57,533 bases of DNA from the IMG/VR virus record IMGVR_UViG_3300044724_006087, positions 1 to 57,533 of that record. The stretch is one strand, 5' to 3'. Below the pieces are notes generated by a model, which worked only from the letters and a program-made list of their open reading frames with translations, was not told where the DNA came from and did no database searches. The translations under genes were made by a program, and so were the position numbers. Positions within the stretch are counted from its first letter, which is position 1. Every line of letters starts with the position of its first letter. This stretch comes from a virus. Taxonomy: Duplodnaviria > Caudoviricetes. Shown here in pieces: positions 27,934-39,243 of the stretch.

Positions 27934-30900
27934 ATGGGAATAGAAACAGACTTAAATGTAAATCCGTATTACGACGACTTTGATGAAACTAAAGATTTTC
28001 ATAGAGTTTTATTCAAGCCTGCCGTGCCTCTGCAAGCCAGAGAACTTACTCAATTACAATCAATTTTACAAAACCAAGTAGAAAAATTTGGACAGTTTAC
28101 ATTTAAAGAAGGATCCATAGTAAAAGGATGTACCTTTACATTTGATAGAAATATTAAATATGCAAAACTATTAGATAAAGATTCTACTGGTACAGACATT
28201 AATATGAATCTCTTTGCAGAAGGAGATTACATCAGAAACTCTTCTAACTTGGTTGCAAGAGTCGTAGATACTAAAACAGGTTTAGAGTCACAAAACCCAG
28301 ATCTAAACACAATATTCTTTAACTATGTTAACACTGGTAACAGTGCAATATCAAATACAGCATACTCTGCTGCATCAGAAGTAGAAATATATCCAGCAAG
28401 TACAGGTATTAATCATATTACATTTACAGGTATCCCTAATGATGTATTTGTATCTAACAGTGATACAATTTCAGTATCTACAAAATTAAAAGGAACAGGT
28501 TTCTCAGCTAACGTAGTAACTACTGATGGCACAAATCAGTTCTTTAATGTTTCAGTTTCAGCAAATGGTACAGGATTTAGTGTAGACGATTTACCAACAG
28601 CTACTATTGTAGCATCTAATGGCGGTATCTTTACTCAAGGTAATTCAACATCAAATACAACATATGATTTTGCAAATGCTATATCTAATGGCCAAATAAC
28701 TGTTGATGTAAACTTAATTAAAACTGGCAACGTTACTATTGCAAACACAGATTTTGAACAATTAGGTAATACAGAATTTAATGTATTAGGTACAGCCTAT
28801 CAGATGAAAGTACAAGATGGCGTCATTTTCCAGAAAGGCACATTCCAACGTTTTGAAGCTCAAGACATCATTGTATCAAAGTATACAAGTAAACCTAATG
28901 ACTTAACTGTAGGTGTTGCTACTACCGAATCATTTATTAACAGTAGTAGCGATACTAGCCTTTTAGATAACGCATCAGGCTTCGCTAATGAAAATGCACC
29001 AGGTGCAGATAGATTACAATTAAAACCAACACTAGTTGTTAATACAATTACTAATGCTGTTGCATCTAACAACTTCTTAAGATTAGTTGAATTCCAAGCT
29101 GGAATGCCTATATCTTTAAACTCAGATGCTCAACTTAGCGGTCTTGGTGATGTTATACAAAAAAGATTATATGAGACAAGTGGTGACTATGTAGTTAATC
29201 CATTTGCAATTGCATCAGAAGGACAACCAGGAAACACCACTCACTTTACAACAGTAGTAGGTGCAGGTATTGGTTACAATAAAGGTAGAAGATTTGAGCT
29301 AGTTAATCCGTCAAGAATTATTACAAGAAAGTCTACATCGTCTGCTAATATCGTAGGTCAAGAAATATCTATTAACTACGGAAACTTTGTAGAAGTAGAT
29401 GAATTAGTTGGTAACTTTGGGTTAGAACAAAATGATGTAGTACTATTAATGGACAAGCAGTTTAATAGTATTAGTGCATCTAATACATCAACAATAGATT
29501 TTACAAGTAGTTCAACATATACAAACGCTAATACAACATTAGATTATGCTGGTACTAAAGGTAATGTAGTTGGTACAGCAAGAGTAAGAGCAGTTGAACA
29601 AGCAGGATCAGATGGTAATAAGAGCACATCTAAGTTCAATATGTACTTGTTTGATATTAAAATGGCCACTGGTAAATCATTTACTAAAGATGCTAAGAGT
29701 GTATATCACTATAGTGGCACAGATTATAATGGTAGTAATTCACAAACAAACAAATCAGTTGTTGGTTTAGCAGACTTAATTCTTCAGAATAACCAATCTA
29801 GAATTCTAGAACAAGATCCAGCAGATAGAGACTTACTATTTCCATTAGGACAAGTAGGTATTAAGAGCGTATCTAATACAGCATCATATACATTTGAAAG
29901 CTCAGCTACAGGTACATTTAGTACAAGTGGTGTTGCATCACTATCTAAAGCGGGTACTCAGAACTGGGGATTTGGTACAGCAGCAGATTCACTATCAGAA
30001 TCACAAGAAGATGAACTTCTAATTATTTCTAATACAACAATTGTATCAAGTGATGTCATAGATTCATCAGTAACAGTTAATACAGATAGCGATATTTTAA
30101 CTACAGTTACAACTACAGATTTATTTGAAGGCGATTATATTAGAGTTGCTAATAGTACTGCTAATGGTGGTATCTATCAAATAATTCAAAAAATGGGTTC
30201 TGCAGTAAAAGTAAATCAAAACATTACAGGAATTGCAAATACTTCAGCAGGTACTATAAGTCTTGCATATCCAAAAGGAAGAGCAGTTTCATTAAAAAAC
30301 AGATCAACTGCAAACGCATCAGTAGGAGCATTTAGTTCAGGTCAAACATTAACAATCAATTTAGGTAAGAGTTTCTCATCAACTTGGGACTTTGACTTAA
30401 TACATAATGTAAGAGAAACTAGTGCACCAGGTATTAAGAAAAACATTAAGACTACAGAAGTATTATTGTACACAGGAAATAATGCAGCTAATACAGTAGG
30501 ACCATGGTCTTTAGGTATCCCAGATGGTATTAACTTAACAAAAGTTTATGTTGCATCAAGTAATGTTGCAACAGGTAGTGCTATTGCTACAGCAATATCA
30601 GACGGAACATTAGCAGATAAAACTAAAGAATTTATGCTAGATAATGGTCAAGAAGGATCAAAATACAATCTAACTAAACTAAAACAAAAGCCAGGTTCAA
30701 GTTATACTATACCTGCTAACGGAACTATTGCAGTTAAATTTAGACACTTTAATATTGATACTGGTACAGGTTTTGCTACTTATCAATCATATCATGATTC
30801 TATTGATGATGCAAATACAGCAAATACTACTGCAATTACAACACAAGAAATTCCAGTATTCAAATCTAATATATCAGGTAAAGAATACTCATTAAGAGAT

Positions 30901-33900
30901 CACGTAGACTTTAGGCCATATGTAGACTCTACAACTACAGCAGAAGGAACTTGGGCAGCATCATCAGCATCAATAAACCCTGCTGCTACAGAACAAATTA
31001 CAGGTGCACAATACACATCTACACCAAATAAACTATGGTCAAGTACTATAGAATATTATCTACCTAGAAAAGATAGGTTAGTCATTGAAGACGGAAGACT
31101 TCATATTGTAACAGGTGTACCAAGTGTAAACCCAGAACTGCCAACTAAACCAACAAACAGTATGCAGTTAGGAACTATTGATGTTCCAGTATATCCTTCA
31201 TTAGATGCTCAGGCAGCTAGATTCTATAAGCGTCCAGACTTAGGAGTTAAGATTAGAGCTACTCAGCTAAAAAGATATACTATGTCAGATATTAAAGCTA
31301 TTGATGATAGAGTTAATAATTTAGAATATTATACATCATTAAGTCTATTAGAAAAACTAACAGCAGATGAAGTTATTCCTGGCAGAAATGACCCAACAAT
31401 AAACAGATTTAAGAACGGCTTTATAGTAGATAACTTTGTAAACTATACAACCGGTAATCCATTAAACACTGAATTCAAAGCTGGTTTTGATGCAGCAAGA
31501 AAGATTCTTACATCTAAATTTGAACAGTATAATATTGGATTCAAATATGCAACAGCTAGTGGCATGGTTAAAATTAACGATGTAATGATTGGTGATTATA
31601 AAGATCATTTAATCATTCAACAACCATACGCTACACAAGATAGAAGATGTACTTCAGCTTACTGGCAATATAATGGTAACATTAAACTTTATCCAGATTA
31701 CCTAAACCACGTAGACGTAACAAGAAGTGCAGAGTCTCAAGTACAAATAGATGTTGATTTAGCATCTCCAACATTATCACTATTAGAAGAACTTAATAAA
31801 ATAGTTCCAATGCAAACTACTGAAGAAGAAGTTATTGCAGAATCAGAATCAACATCATTAGTAAGTTCAGTAACAATAGACAATACAACAACGGACACAT
31901 TTGAGACTATTACACAACAGACAATACAAAAGACAACAAGAGGCGTAAATGTTTCTAGCAAAACTACTTCTAAAAAAGTAGGTGAGTTTGTAACAAACAT
32001 TGCTTTCCAACCATACATTCCAGGTGTAGATATTTACTTTGTTGCATTAGGATTAAGACCAAACTTAAGACACTATGCATACTTTGATGATGCTAAAGTG
32101 TTTAATGATGTTGCACCAGCAACTATAACAAATACTATTGATGCAACTAGAGATGAATTAGACTTGCTTGGTGCAGATACTGCTAAGCAAATGATTCAAA
32201 GAGACAATGCATTTGGTACAGCTTTAACAGCTAACAGCTCTGGCGGTCTTGCAGGTGTATTCAGAATACCAGCTGGTACATTCTTTGCAGGTGAAAGAAA
32301 GTTTGCATTAGCAGATGTAAGCAACTTGTCACAGATTAATGAAACAGTATCAGCAGCTTCAGCTAAATTTAATTGTTATAACTTCTCAATTGAAAAAGGT
32401 GACGTTGTACAGAACACAAGAGAACCAATCTTATCTGAAACAATTACTTCACAAATATTTGATCAAGTAACTAATACAGTTAGCAACGTTTCAATAACAA
32501 TTGCTGAACCTAATCCAGCTCCAATACAAGCTAATACAGGAGCTAACACAATTGTAGACATCTTTGATGACGTTAGAGACACTGGATGTGATACTATACC
32601 TCTTGCAGATGAGCCAGATCTATTCATACCACAAGATGATGAACTAGACAATGGTAGAGGAGCAACACAAAATAGACAAAGAGCAGTTAGATGTGCTCCT
32701 GGATGTCCTGAAGCATTGTTAGATGATCTAGAAAGAAGAGGTGTAACAAGACAATCAAGACATAGAAGAAGAAGAAATTTAACTGAGCAAGAGTTTATGT
32801 GTGCTCAGTATGTTGATCCATTAGCACAGTCATTCTTAATACAAGAAGAAATGTTTAATGGTAGTAGTATAGGATATCTTACAGCATTAGATTTATACTT
32901 CTCAGGTAAGAACCCAGAACTAGGATGCTTTGTTGAAATAAGAGAAATGATTGGCGGATTCCCAAGTACTAATATTATTCCATTTGGTACAGCTACATTA
33001 AAAGCAGCTAACATTAATACATCTACAGACGGAACTGCATCAACAAGAGTTACATTTAGAGGACCAGTAGCAGTAGAAACTGGAAGAGAATATTGCTTCG
33101 TGGTTAAGCCAATGGCTAATAACCCAGAAACAAAACTATGGACAGCTAAAGCTGGTCAAAAAGCAATAGTAGCTGGTGGAGGAACAGGCGAAGCTATTAA
33201 CCAAGACTGGGGTGATGGTACAATGTTCTTATCAAGTAATGACAGAACTTGGACACCATATACTGACGAAGATGCTAAATTCCAATTATATGCTGCAGTG
33301 TTTAACAATGTTACATCAGCGGTAGAATTAACAAATGATGATTATGAGTTCTTTACACCAGATGCAAACGGCATCAATGGCACATTTACAGAAGGTGAAG
33401 AAGTGTTCCAAAACAAAGCTGCTACATATGCAAACGTAACTTTTGCAGCAGGAAACAGTAGTATTGTTGCAGGAACAGGAGAAGATTTATCAGGCATTGC
33501 ATCAGGTACTAAAATTGTAGTAAAAAATGCTAATAACGAATTTGATGTTGTAGAAGTAGGATCTTCAAACACATCAACAATTTCTTTAAGAGGTGCACCA
33601 GACATTACAGAATCAACAGCAGATGCTGGAGAAGTATTGCTTACACCAGTAGGCACGTTCACTCAAGTAGATTCTAATACTAGCACTATTATGATTAATG
33701 ATAGTACAGCAACAAATAGCACATTCTTATTTGGAACAGGCAACACATTGATCGGTTGTTCAAGTGGTGCTAATTGTGTTATTGGTGGTGTAGTAGATAA
33801 CAACATTTCTTACTTAGAGCCAAGAGTATATAACAATGTACCTAACCAAACAGCAGTTAGTGTATCAATTAAAGGTGCAAAAGTATCTGATAGTACTAAC

Positions 33901-34854
33901 ACAGCTTTTGAAAGAATTAAAACAAATGATAGAAACTACTTTGATACACCTATAAAGATTAGAAGTAAGTCTAATGAGATATCAGGAACCACTGTAAACA
34001 AATCATTAACAATTAGACACAACTTATCTTCAACAAATAAATTTGTTTCACCTTTCATTGATTTACAATCTCAATCAGCATTGATATATGAGAACGTAAT
34101 TAACAATGATTCAACCAATGAGCATATAACAGATGGCGGAAATGCTAGTGCAAAATATGTTTCAAGAATTGTAACATTAGGTGAAGGGTTAGATGCAGAA
34201 GATATCAAAGTGTTTGTAAATGCCTATAAACCTACCGGAACAGACGTTAAAGTATACGCAAAAGCCGTTAACCAAGCAGATGATCTAGGATTTGATAAAG
34301 GCGTATGGTCAGAATTACAAGCAACAAAGAACAAAGATAAAATAAGTTCAGTAGAGAATAGAAAAGATGTAATTGAATATGGATTTGAATTTAAAGATGC
34401 ACCAGCATCAACATTGAAATCTGGTACAGTAACATTTAGTAATAATGCTACAACAATTACTGGATCTGGTACAGCTTTCTCATCTGAATTTGCAGTAGGC
34501 GATCTAGTTAAGATTAACCAACCACCATTTGATTCTAACTTAAATTATCAAGTGTCAATGGTTACAGCTATTGCAAGTGACACATCAATGACTATTGCAG
34601 ATACAATTAGTATTGGTGATGAGACAACTGGTAGAGAAATCTTTAGAGTTAACGATTCAGCTAAGAACCAAATCTTTAGAGATCCAGAATCAGATGTTAT
34701 CAATAATGTTTCATACTTAGCAACTTATTATAATACAAACAACGAGAAGTTTGTTGGATACAAGTATCTGGCAATTAAGATAGTATTGCTTTCAAATAGT
34801 ACATCGAGAGCTCCATACTGTCAAGACTACAGGGCAATAGCAGTTTCAGTATAA
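27934..34854 (+). CDS. large virion structural protein (VrlC/DUF4815-like), 2306 aa
   Basis: 'NVNPYYDDFD..K.FHRVLFKP..P.QARELTQLQSILQNQ', 'APGADR', 'KRYTM.DI', 'RFKNGF.VDNF', 'DPLAQSF', C-terminal 'D.RAIA'. TATAAATA at 27676-27683 upstream. Confidence 0.85.
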   Translation: MGIETDLNVNPYYDDFDETKDFHRVLFKPAVPLQARELTQLQSILQNQVEKFGQFTFKEGSIVKGCTFTFDRNIKYAKLLDKDSTGTDINMNLFAEGDYIRNSSNLVARVVDTKTGLESQNPDLNTIFFNYVNTGNSAISNTAYSAASEVEIYPASTGINHITFTGIPNDVFVSNSDTISVSTKLKGTGFSANVVTTDGTNQFFNVSVSANGTGFSVDDLPTATIVASNGGIFTQGNSTSNTTYDFANAISNGQITVDVNLIKTGNVTIANTDFEQLGNTEFNVLGTAYQMKVQDGVIFQKGTFQRFEAQDIIVSKYTSKPNDLTVGVATTESFINSSSDTSLLDNASGFANENAPGADRLQLKPTLVVNTITNAVASNNFLRLVEFQAGMPISLNSDAQLSGLGDVIQKRLYETSGDYVVNPFAIASEGQPGNTTHFTTVVGAGIGYNKGRRFELVNPSRIITRKSTSSANIVGQEISINYGNFVEVDELVGNFGLEQNDVVLLMDKQFNSISASNTSTIDFTSSSTYTNANTTLDYAGTKGNVVGTARVRAVEQAGSDGNKSTSKFNMYLFDIKMATGKSFTKDAKSVYHYSGTDYNGSNSQTNKSVVGLADLILQNNQSRILEQDPADRDLLFPLGQVGIKSVSNTASYTFESSATGTFSTSGVASLSKAGTQNWGFGTAADSLSESQEDELLIISNTTIVSSDVIDSSVTVNTDSDILTTVTTTDLFEGDYIRVANSTANGGIYQIIQKMGSAVKVNQNITGIANTSAGTISLAYPKGRAVSLKNRSTANASVGAFSSGQTLTINLGKSFSSTWDFDLIHNVRETSAPGIKKNIKTTEVLLYTGNNAANTVGPWSLGIPDGINLTKVYVASSNVATGSAIATAISDGTLADKTKEFMLDNGQEGSKYNLTKLKQKPGSSYTIPANGTIAVKFRHFNIDTGTGFATYQSYHDSIDDANTANTTAITTQEIPVFKSNISGKEYSLRDHVDFRPYVDSTTTAEGTWAASSASINPAATEQITGAQYTSTPNKLWSSTIEYYLPRKDRLVIEDGRLHIVTGVPSVNPELPTKPTNSMQLGTIDVPVYPSLDAQAARFYKRPDLGVKIRATQLKRYTMSDIKAIDDRVNNLEYYTSLSLLEKLTADEVIPGRNDPTINRFKNGFIVDNFVNYTTGNPLNTEFKAGFDAARKILTSKFEQYNIGFKYATASGMVKINDVMIGDYKDHLIIQQPYATQDRRCTSAYWQYNGNIKLYPDYLNHVDVTRSAESQVQIDVDLASPTLSLLEELNKIVPMQTTEEEVIAESESTSLVSSVTIDNTTTDTFETITQQTIQKTTRGVNVSSKTTSKKVGEFVTNIAFQPYIPGVDIYFVALGLRPNLRHYAYFDDAKVFNDVAPATITNTIDATRDELDLLGADTAKQMIQRDNAFGTALTANSSGGLAGVFRIPAGTFFAGERKFALADVSNLSQINETVSAASAKFNCYNFSIEKGDVVQNTREPILSETITSQIFDQVTNTVSNVSITIAEPNPAPIQANTGANTIVDIFDDVRDTGCDTIPLADEPDLFIPQDDELDNGRGATQNRQRAVRCAPGCPEALLDDLERRGVTRQSRHRRRRNLTEQEFMCAQYVDPLAQSFLIQEEMFNGSSIGYLTALDLYFSGKNPELGCFVEIREMIGGFPSTNIIPFGTATLKAANINTSTDGTASTRVTFRGPVAVETGREYCFVVKPMANNPETKLWTAKAGQKAIVAGGGTGEAINQDWGDGTMFLSSNDRTWTPYTDEDAKFQLYAAVFNNVTSAVELTNDDYEFFTPDANGINGTFTEGEEVFQNKAATYANVTFAAGNSSIVAGTGEDLSGIASGTKIVVKNANNEFDVVEVGSSNTSTISLRGAPDITESTADAGEVLLTPVGTFTQVDSNTSTIMINDSTATNSTFLFGTGNTLIGCSSGANCVIGGVVDNNISYLEPRVYNNVPNQTAVSVSIKGAKVSDSTNTAFERIKTNDRNYFDTPIKIRSKSNEISGTTVNKSLTIRHNLSSTNKFVSPFIDLQSQSALIYENVINNDSTNEHITDGGNASAKYVSRIVTLGEGLDAEDIKVFVNAYKPTGTDVKVYAKAVNQADDLGFDKGVWSELQATKNKDKISSVENRKDVIEYGFEFKDAPASTLKSGTVTFSNNATTITGSGTAFSSEFAVGDLVKINQPPFDSNLNYQVSMVTAIASDTSMTIADTISIGDETTGREIFRVNDSAKNQIFRDPESDVINNVSYLATYYNTNNEKFVGYKYLAIKIVLLSNSTSRAPYCQDYRAIAVSV

Positions 34855-35081
34855 TGGCAAAGAAAGTTTTAATAGAAACAGAGAAAGCAGGATTGTATAG
34901 AGATCAATCTTCTATGGCACTTATAAATAATGATAAGGCTGCATTTGCTGCATACAAAATAAAGAGACAAAGAGGAAATCAAGTACAAACATTGTCTACA
35001 GAAGTAGCATCATTGAAACAAGATATGGTAGAAATTAAAACAATGTTAATGACACTCACAGAGGGAATAAATGGCAAGTAA
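34854..35081 (+). CDS. small coiled-coil protein (75 aa)
   Basis: 'LYRD..S.A.IN.D...' followed by a coiled coil; typical of the gene after VrlC-like genes. Contains TATAAATA at 34922-34929. Confidence 0.75.
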   Translation: MAKKVLIETEKAGLYRDQSSMALINNDKAAFAAYKIKRQRGNQVQTLSTEVASLKQDMVEIKTMLMTLTEGINGK

Positions 35082-38000
35082 TAATTACACAAGTGCAAAC
35101 GTAACACCGTCATCTGATACCTTTAGAGAGTGGGTAGACTTAACTAATAGAATTACATATGACATGGAGAAACGTGTTGTAACTACTGCTACACATTCAG
35201 TAGGTGGTGGTACAACAGGTAATGCTTATGTTAATGGTTTCTTTAGTGCAAATACATTATACATTACAGATAGTATTAGTGGTGCTAAGACAGATGACTC
35301 ATCTAACATTGTAGGTGCAAACTCTACAGTAGCTAATGTTATATTCTCATCTAATGTAGTATTCATTGCTAACAGTTCAGCAAATGCAATCATACATGCA
35401 CAATCAAACGTAAACTTTACAGGACAACAATTTACTGCTACAACAAATGCAGATATTGATAACGCAGTAACAAATATTAATGCAACTGCATTCTTCTTAG
35501 AAGGTACATCTGCTAACGTTGAAAGCACAACATTAACAGTTAACGGTACAACTTTTGATGTAAATTCTAACGTAGATATAGATGCAGCATCAGTAACTAT
35601 TGATGGTGGAACATTAGCAATTGGATCTAATTCAGATATAAATGCAAACGTTGATGTTGATAATGCATTAACAGACTTTACTTCTACAACATTTAACTTA
35701 TCTGGTACTACAGCTACAATAGATTCAACAACATTAAATGTCAACGGTACAACAGCAAACTTAAATTCTAACGTAGATATTAATAATGCTTTAACAGATA
35801 TCACATCAACAGATACAAACATCTCAGGATCAAATGTAACTATTGATTCTACGCATGTAGATATTCACGGAACAACTTTAGACATCAATTCTAACACTAA
35901 TATAGACGGAGATGTCACACTAACAGCTAATGCAACTGTTGGTAATGCAAACACAGATTTATTAACTGTTAACTCTAATACAGTTTTAACAGACAAATTA
36001 AATGTACAAGAAGACGTAGACTTAGATTCAGACTTAAACGTAGATGGCAACTCTACTATGAACGGAGACGTCACATTAGGTAACGCTAATACAGATTCTG
36101 TAAACTTTATTGCAGAAGTTTCATCAGGAATACATCCAGAATCTAATACACAAATTTTAGGTTTAAATGATGCAAGATGGTTGTTAAAAGCTAACACTAT
36201 TAATGCTTCAGGTGACATTACAGCACAAGCGGATGTTGATGTAGCAGCAGAAGCAAACGTAAACAGTTTAAGAGTTGTTACAGATGCATCAGTAGAAGGA
36301 AATACAATTTTAGGTAACTCAGCAAGTGCAGATGTAATCAACACTGTAGCTAGAGTAGTTAGTAGCATTGAGCCAACAGCAAACGGTAAAGTATTAGGAC
36401 ATGCAAATAGAAGATGGGATATCAAAGCTAAAGAAATAAATGCATCTAATACATCATACTTCTCTTCAAATGTAGAAGTGACTGGAGATATTATTGGCGC
36501 AGCTGATATTGATATGACAGGTGAAGCTAACTTGCATACTTTGATAGCTAGATCAACTTCATTGCTCAATGGATTTGTTAATGCAGTAGGAAGCGTTGGA
36601 GTAGGTGCTAATGTACATATTGGTGGTAATACATATATCCATCATGCTGATGCAAATGGAGCTACAACAATTTCTAACGGAAACATAACTGTTGGAAATA
36701 GTACAGTTAATACAGCTATTACTCCTACAAGTATTGATACAGATGGAACACTAGATGTTCTAAAAGCAGCTGCATTAAGTAATACATTAAACGTAACTGG
36801 TGCAACAGTATTAGGTAGTACATTAAACACAACTGGTTCAGCTAGATTCCAGTCTACAGCAAATGTAGATGGACTACTAAGAGCTAAAGCAGGATTAATA
36901 ACAACAGGCACAGCAAATGCATCAGTAGCAATGAACGTTGGTGCAAATGTTAATTTATCAACATCAAAGGTAACTGTTGGTGACTCAACATCTAATACAA
37001 CTATAACTAAAACAGCTATTGATACTGATGGACAGTTAATTGTAGCAGGTAACACAACAGTAGGTGGTGATGTAGATATCACCGGTGAAGTAAATGCATC
37101 ATCAGCAGCAATAGTAGGTGGAGCAGTAGTAGGTGGTGCACTTGACGTAAACAACACAGCTGATTTCGAAGGCAATGTTAACTTCCAAGATTCAATAACA
37201 GTAGCAGACAATTCAACATTTGCTGGTACATTAGGTGTAACAAAAGCTACAACATTAAGTAATACTTTAACAGTAGTTGGTAAATCAACTTTATCTTCTG
37301 CTAACGTATCAGGTACAATTCAAGCAAACGGAGCAGTAGACTTTAACAGTACTGGTGACTTTGCAGGAAATGTTAACTTCCAAGATTCAATTACTGTAGC
37401 AGACAATTCTACATTTAGTAAAACATTAGCTGCAGGCAATACAACAGTAACAGGTTTTGCAAATGTATCTGGAAACATAAAAGCAGCAAGTGCTAATGTG
37501 TCAGGTCACGCTAACTTAGCAACAATAGGAGCCAGTGGAGCAGTTTCATTAGCAAGTACATTGGGAGTAACTGGTTTAGGAACATTTGGTTCAGGTATAA
37601 ACGTCACAGGTACAGCTAACGTAATCGGTACTTCAGCAGCAATGCACATTGGTGCTACAGAAGCATTTAGAGTAAGATTAGCTAACAACCAAGTTAAAGT
37701 TGGTAACGGTTCAGTATTTACTCACTTAACATCAGCAAGTGTAAACACAACAGGTACATTAGTAGTAGGTGGATTATCAACATTAACAGGAAATGTAACA
37801 GCTAGTGGCGACATATATGTAACAGGAAACACATTAGCAAATCATACAAACACATCAACATTAAATTCTACAGGAGCTGTAGATTTAGATTCAACATTAA
37901 ATGTTGATGGTGCAACTACATTAAACGGACACATTGATCTTGGAGCAAATACATCAAGAACGATATCTGTAACAGGTAGAGTAGATACAAGTTTAGAACC

Positions 38001-38907
38001 ATCTGCAACAGGTAAAGTTTTAGGTCACGCATCAAGAAGATGGGCAGGTGCATTCTCAACAGCAAACACATCAGGTGCAGTATTAGTAGGAACAACATTA
38101 GGTGCAGGTAATACATCTGTAACAGGTTTTGTAAATGCTACAACTACAGGTCAGTTTGGTGGTGCATTAACAGTAGGTGGAAATGCAACAGTAAGCGGTA
38201 CTAAATTTAATTTTGGTAACTCATCTATTAATGCTAACTTAACTGCAAACACTTCTCAAACATTATTAGAAGTAGATAAGATTGTTGGTGCAAACTTAGT
38301 TATAAGTGGATCAGCTTCACTTCCATCAGATACAACATTAACATTAGCACAAGCTAATGCTACAAACTTATCAGTAACAAATAATGCTAACTTTAGTTTA
38401 GGATCCAATGTTGTAGTTAATTTTGGTGATGGTAATGGTAGAGCAACTATTAACTTTGCTAATGCAATATTAGATGACACTGTTCTATTTGATGATAAAT
38501 TACAAGTAGGAACATTTGTTTCAGGAACATCTGGTGCACAAGTTAACTCAACAGCAGTAGAAGCAGATAACATTTATGCAAGAAATGATTTAATTGCTAA
38601 CTACTCATCCGACCAAAGATTAAAAGATCAAGTAATTAAGATTGATACTGCTTTAAATAAAATAGAAGAGATTGGTGGTTATCAATTTACTTGGAACAAT
38701 AATGTTGATGATCACAGAGCTGGATCAATAGACTACGGAGTTATAGCTCAAGAAGTAGAAGAGATTCTCCCTCATGCTGTAGACATAAATAACCGTGGGT
38801 ACAAAACAGTAAACTACAATAGCCTGATACCATTATTAATTGAGGCCGTTAAAGAGTTATCTGGTAGAGTAAAGGAATTGGAAAAAGGGGATGAAATAGA
38901 TGGCTGA
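35071..38907 (+). CDS. long tail fibre with C-terminal intramolecular chaperone (peptidase S74)
   Basis: N-terminal 'DTFREW...TN', Asn/Thr/Val beta-helix-like repeats, three 'P....LG....RW' modules, and C-terminal 'SDQRLKD...GVIAQEVE..LP.AV......K.VNY..LIPLLIEAVKEL'. Confidence 0.88.
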   Translation: MASNNYTSANVTPSSDTFREWVDLTNRITYDMEKRVVTTATHSVGGGTTGNAYVNGFFSANTLYITDSISGAKTDDSSNIVGANSTVANVIFSSNVVFIANSSANAIIHAQSNVNFTGQQFTATTNADIDNAVTNINATAFFLEGTSANVESTTLTVNGTTFDVNSNVDIDAASVTIDGGTLAIGSNSDINANVDVDNALTDFTSTTFNLSGTTATIDSTTLNVNGTTANLNSNVDINNALTDITSTDTNISGSNVTIDSTHVDIHGTTLDINSNTNIDGDVTLTANATVGNANTDLLTVNSNTVLTDKLNVQEDVDLDSDLNVDGNSTMNGDVTLGNANTDSVNFIAEVSSGIHPESNTQILGLNDARWLLKANTINASGDITAQADVDVAAEANVNSLRVVTDASVEGNTILGNSASADVINTVARVVSSIEPTANGKVLGHANRRWDIKAKEINASNTSYFSSNVEVTGDIIGAADIDMTGEANLHTLIARSTSLLNGFVNAVGSVGVGANVHIGGNTYIHHADANGATTISNGNITVGNSTVNTAITPTSIDTDGTLDVLKAAALSNTLNVTGATVLGSTLNTTGSARFQSTANVDGLLRAKAGLITTGTANASVAMNVGANVNLSTSKVTVGDSTSNTTITKTAIDTDGQLIVAGNTTVGGDVDITGEVNASSAAIVGGAVVGGALDVNNTADFEGNVNFQDSITVADNSTFAGTLGVTKATTLSNTLTVVGKSTLSSANVSGTIQANGAVDFNSTGDFAGNVNFQDSITVADNSTFSKTLAAGNTTVTGFANVSGNIKAASANVSGHANLATIGASGAVSLASTLGVTGLGTFGSGINVTGTANVIGTSAAMHIGATEAFRVRLANNQVKVGNGSVFTHLTSASVNTTGTLVVGGLSTLTGNVTASGDIYVTGNTLANHTNTSTLNSTGAVDLDSTLNVDGATTLNGHIDLGANTSRTISVTGRVDTSLEPSATGKVLGHASRRWAGAFSTANTSGAVLVGTTLGAGNTSVTGFVNATTTGQFGGALTVGGNATVSGTKFNFGNSSINANLTANTSQTLLEVDKIVGANLVISGSASLPSDTTLTLAQANATNLSVTNNANFSLGSNVVVNFGDGNGRATINFANAILDDTVLFDDKLQVGTFVSGTSGAQVNSTAVEADNIYARNDLIANYSSDQRLKDQVIKIDTALNKIEEIGGYQFTWNNNVDDHRAGSIDYGVIAQEVEEILPHAVDINNRGYKTVNYNSLIPLLIEAVKELSGRVKELEKGDEIDG

Positions 38908-39232
38908 TCAAATTTTACATAATGCTAATACCGTAGTAGATGCTAATGGTTTTATTTCTAATTCAGCATTAAGAGATTCAGGTGCTAGTGCTGCAACGCA
39001 CACATCAAACAATACGCAGTTAGTATCATTTACAGTAGATGCTAAAGGTAGAATAACAGCTGCTTCTAATTCTTCAATTAATGTAACTGGTGTAACATTT
39101 GCAAGCGCTAATTCAACAGGTGGCGGAACATTTGCACATGCTCCTAATCAGAAGATTTATATTTCATCATCAGCACCATCTAGCAACTCTATAGGCAACA
39201 ACGGAGATATTTGGTATCAGACACTAACATAA
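38900..39232 (+). CDS. small fibre-associated protein (110 aa)
   Basis: 'TVDAKGRITAA' and 'IYISSSAPSS...NGDIWYQ' are tail-fibre motifs. Confidence 0.7.
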   Translation: MADQILHNANTVVDANGFISNSALRDSGASAATHTSNNTQLVSFTVDAKGRITAASNSSINVTGVTFASANSTGGGTFAHAPNQKIYISSSAPSSNSIGNNGDIWYQTLT

Positions 39233-39243
39233 GGGACACCTAA

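Noticed and set aside
22284-34854. Inteins or introns explaining the oversized gp7, gp8 and VrlC-like proteins
   Set aside because: The insertions are Ser/Thr/Asn/Gly beta-rich domains without intein splice motifs or homing endonuclease signatures, and the frames are uninterrupted.
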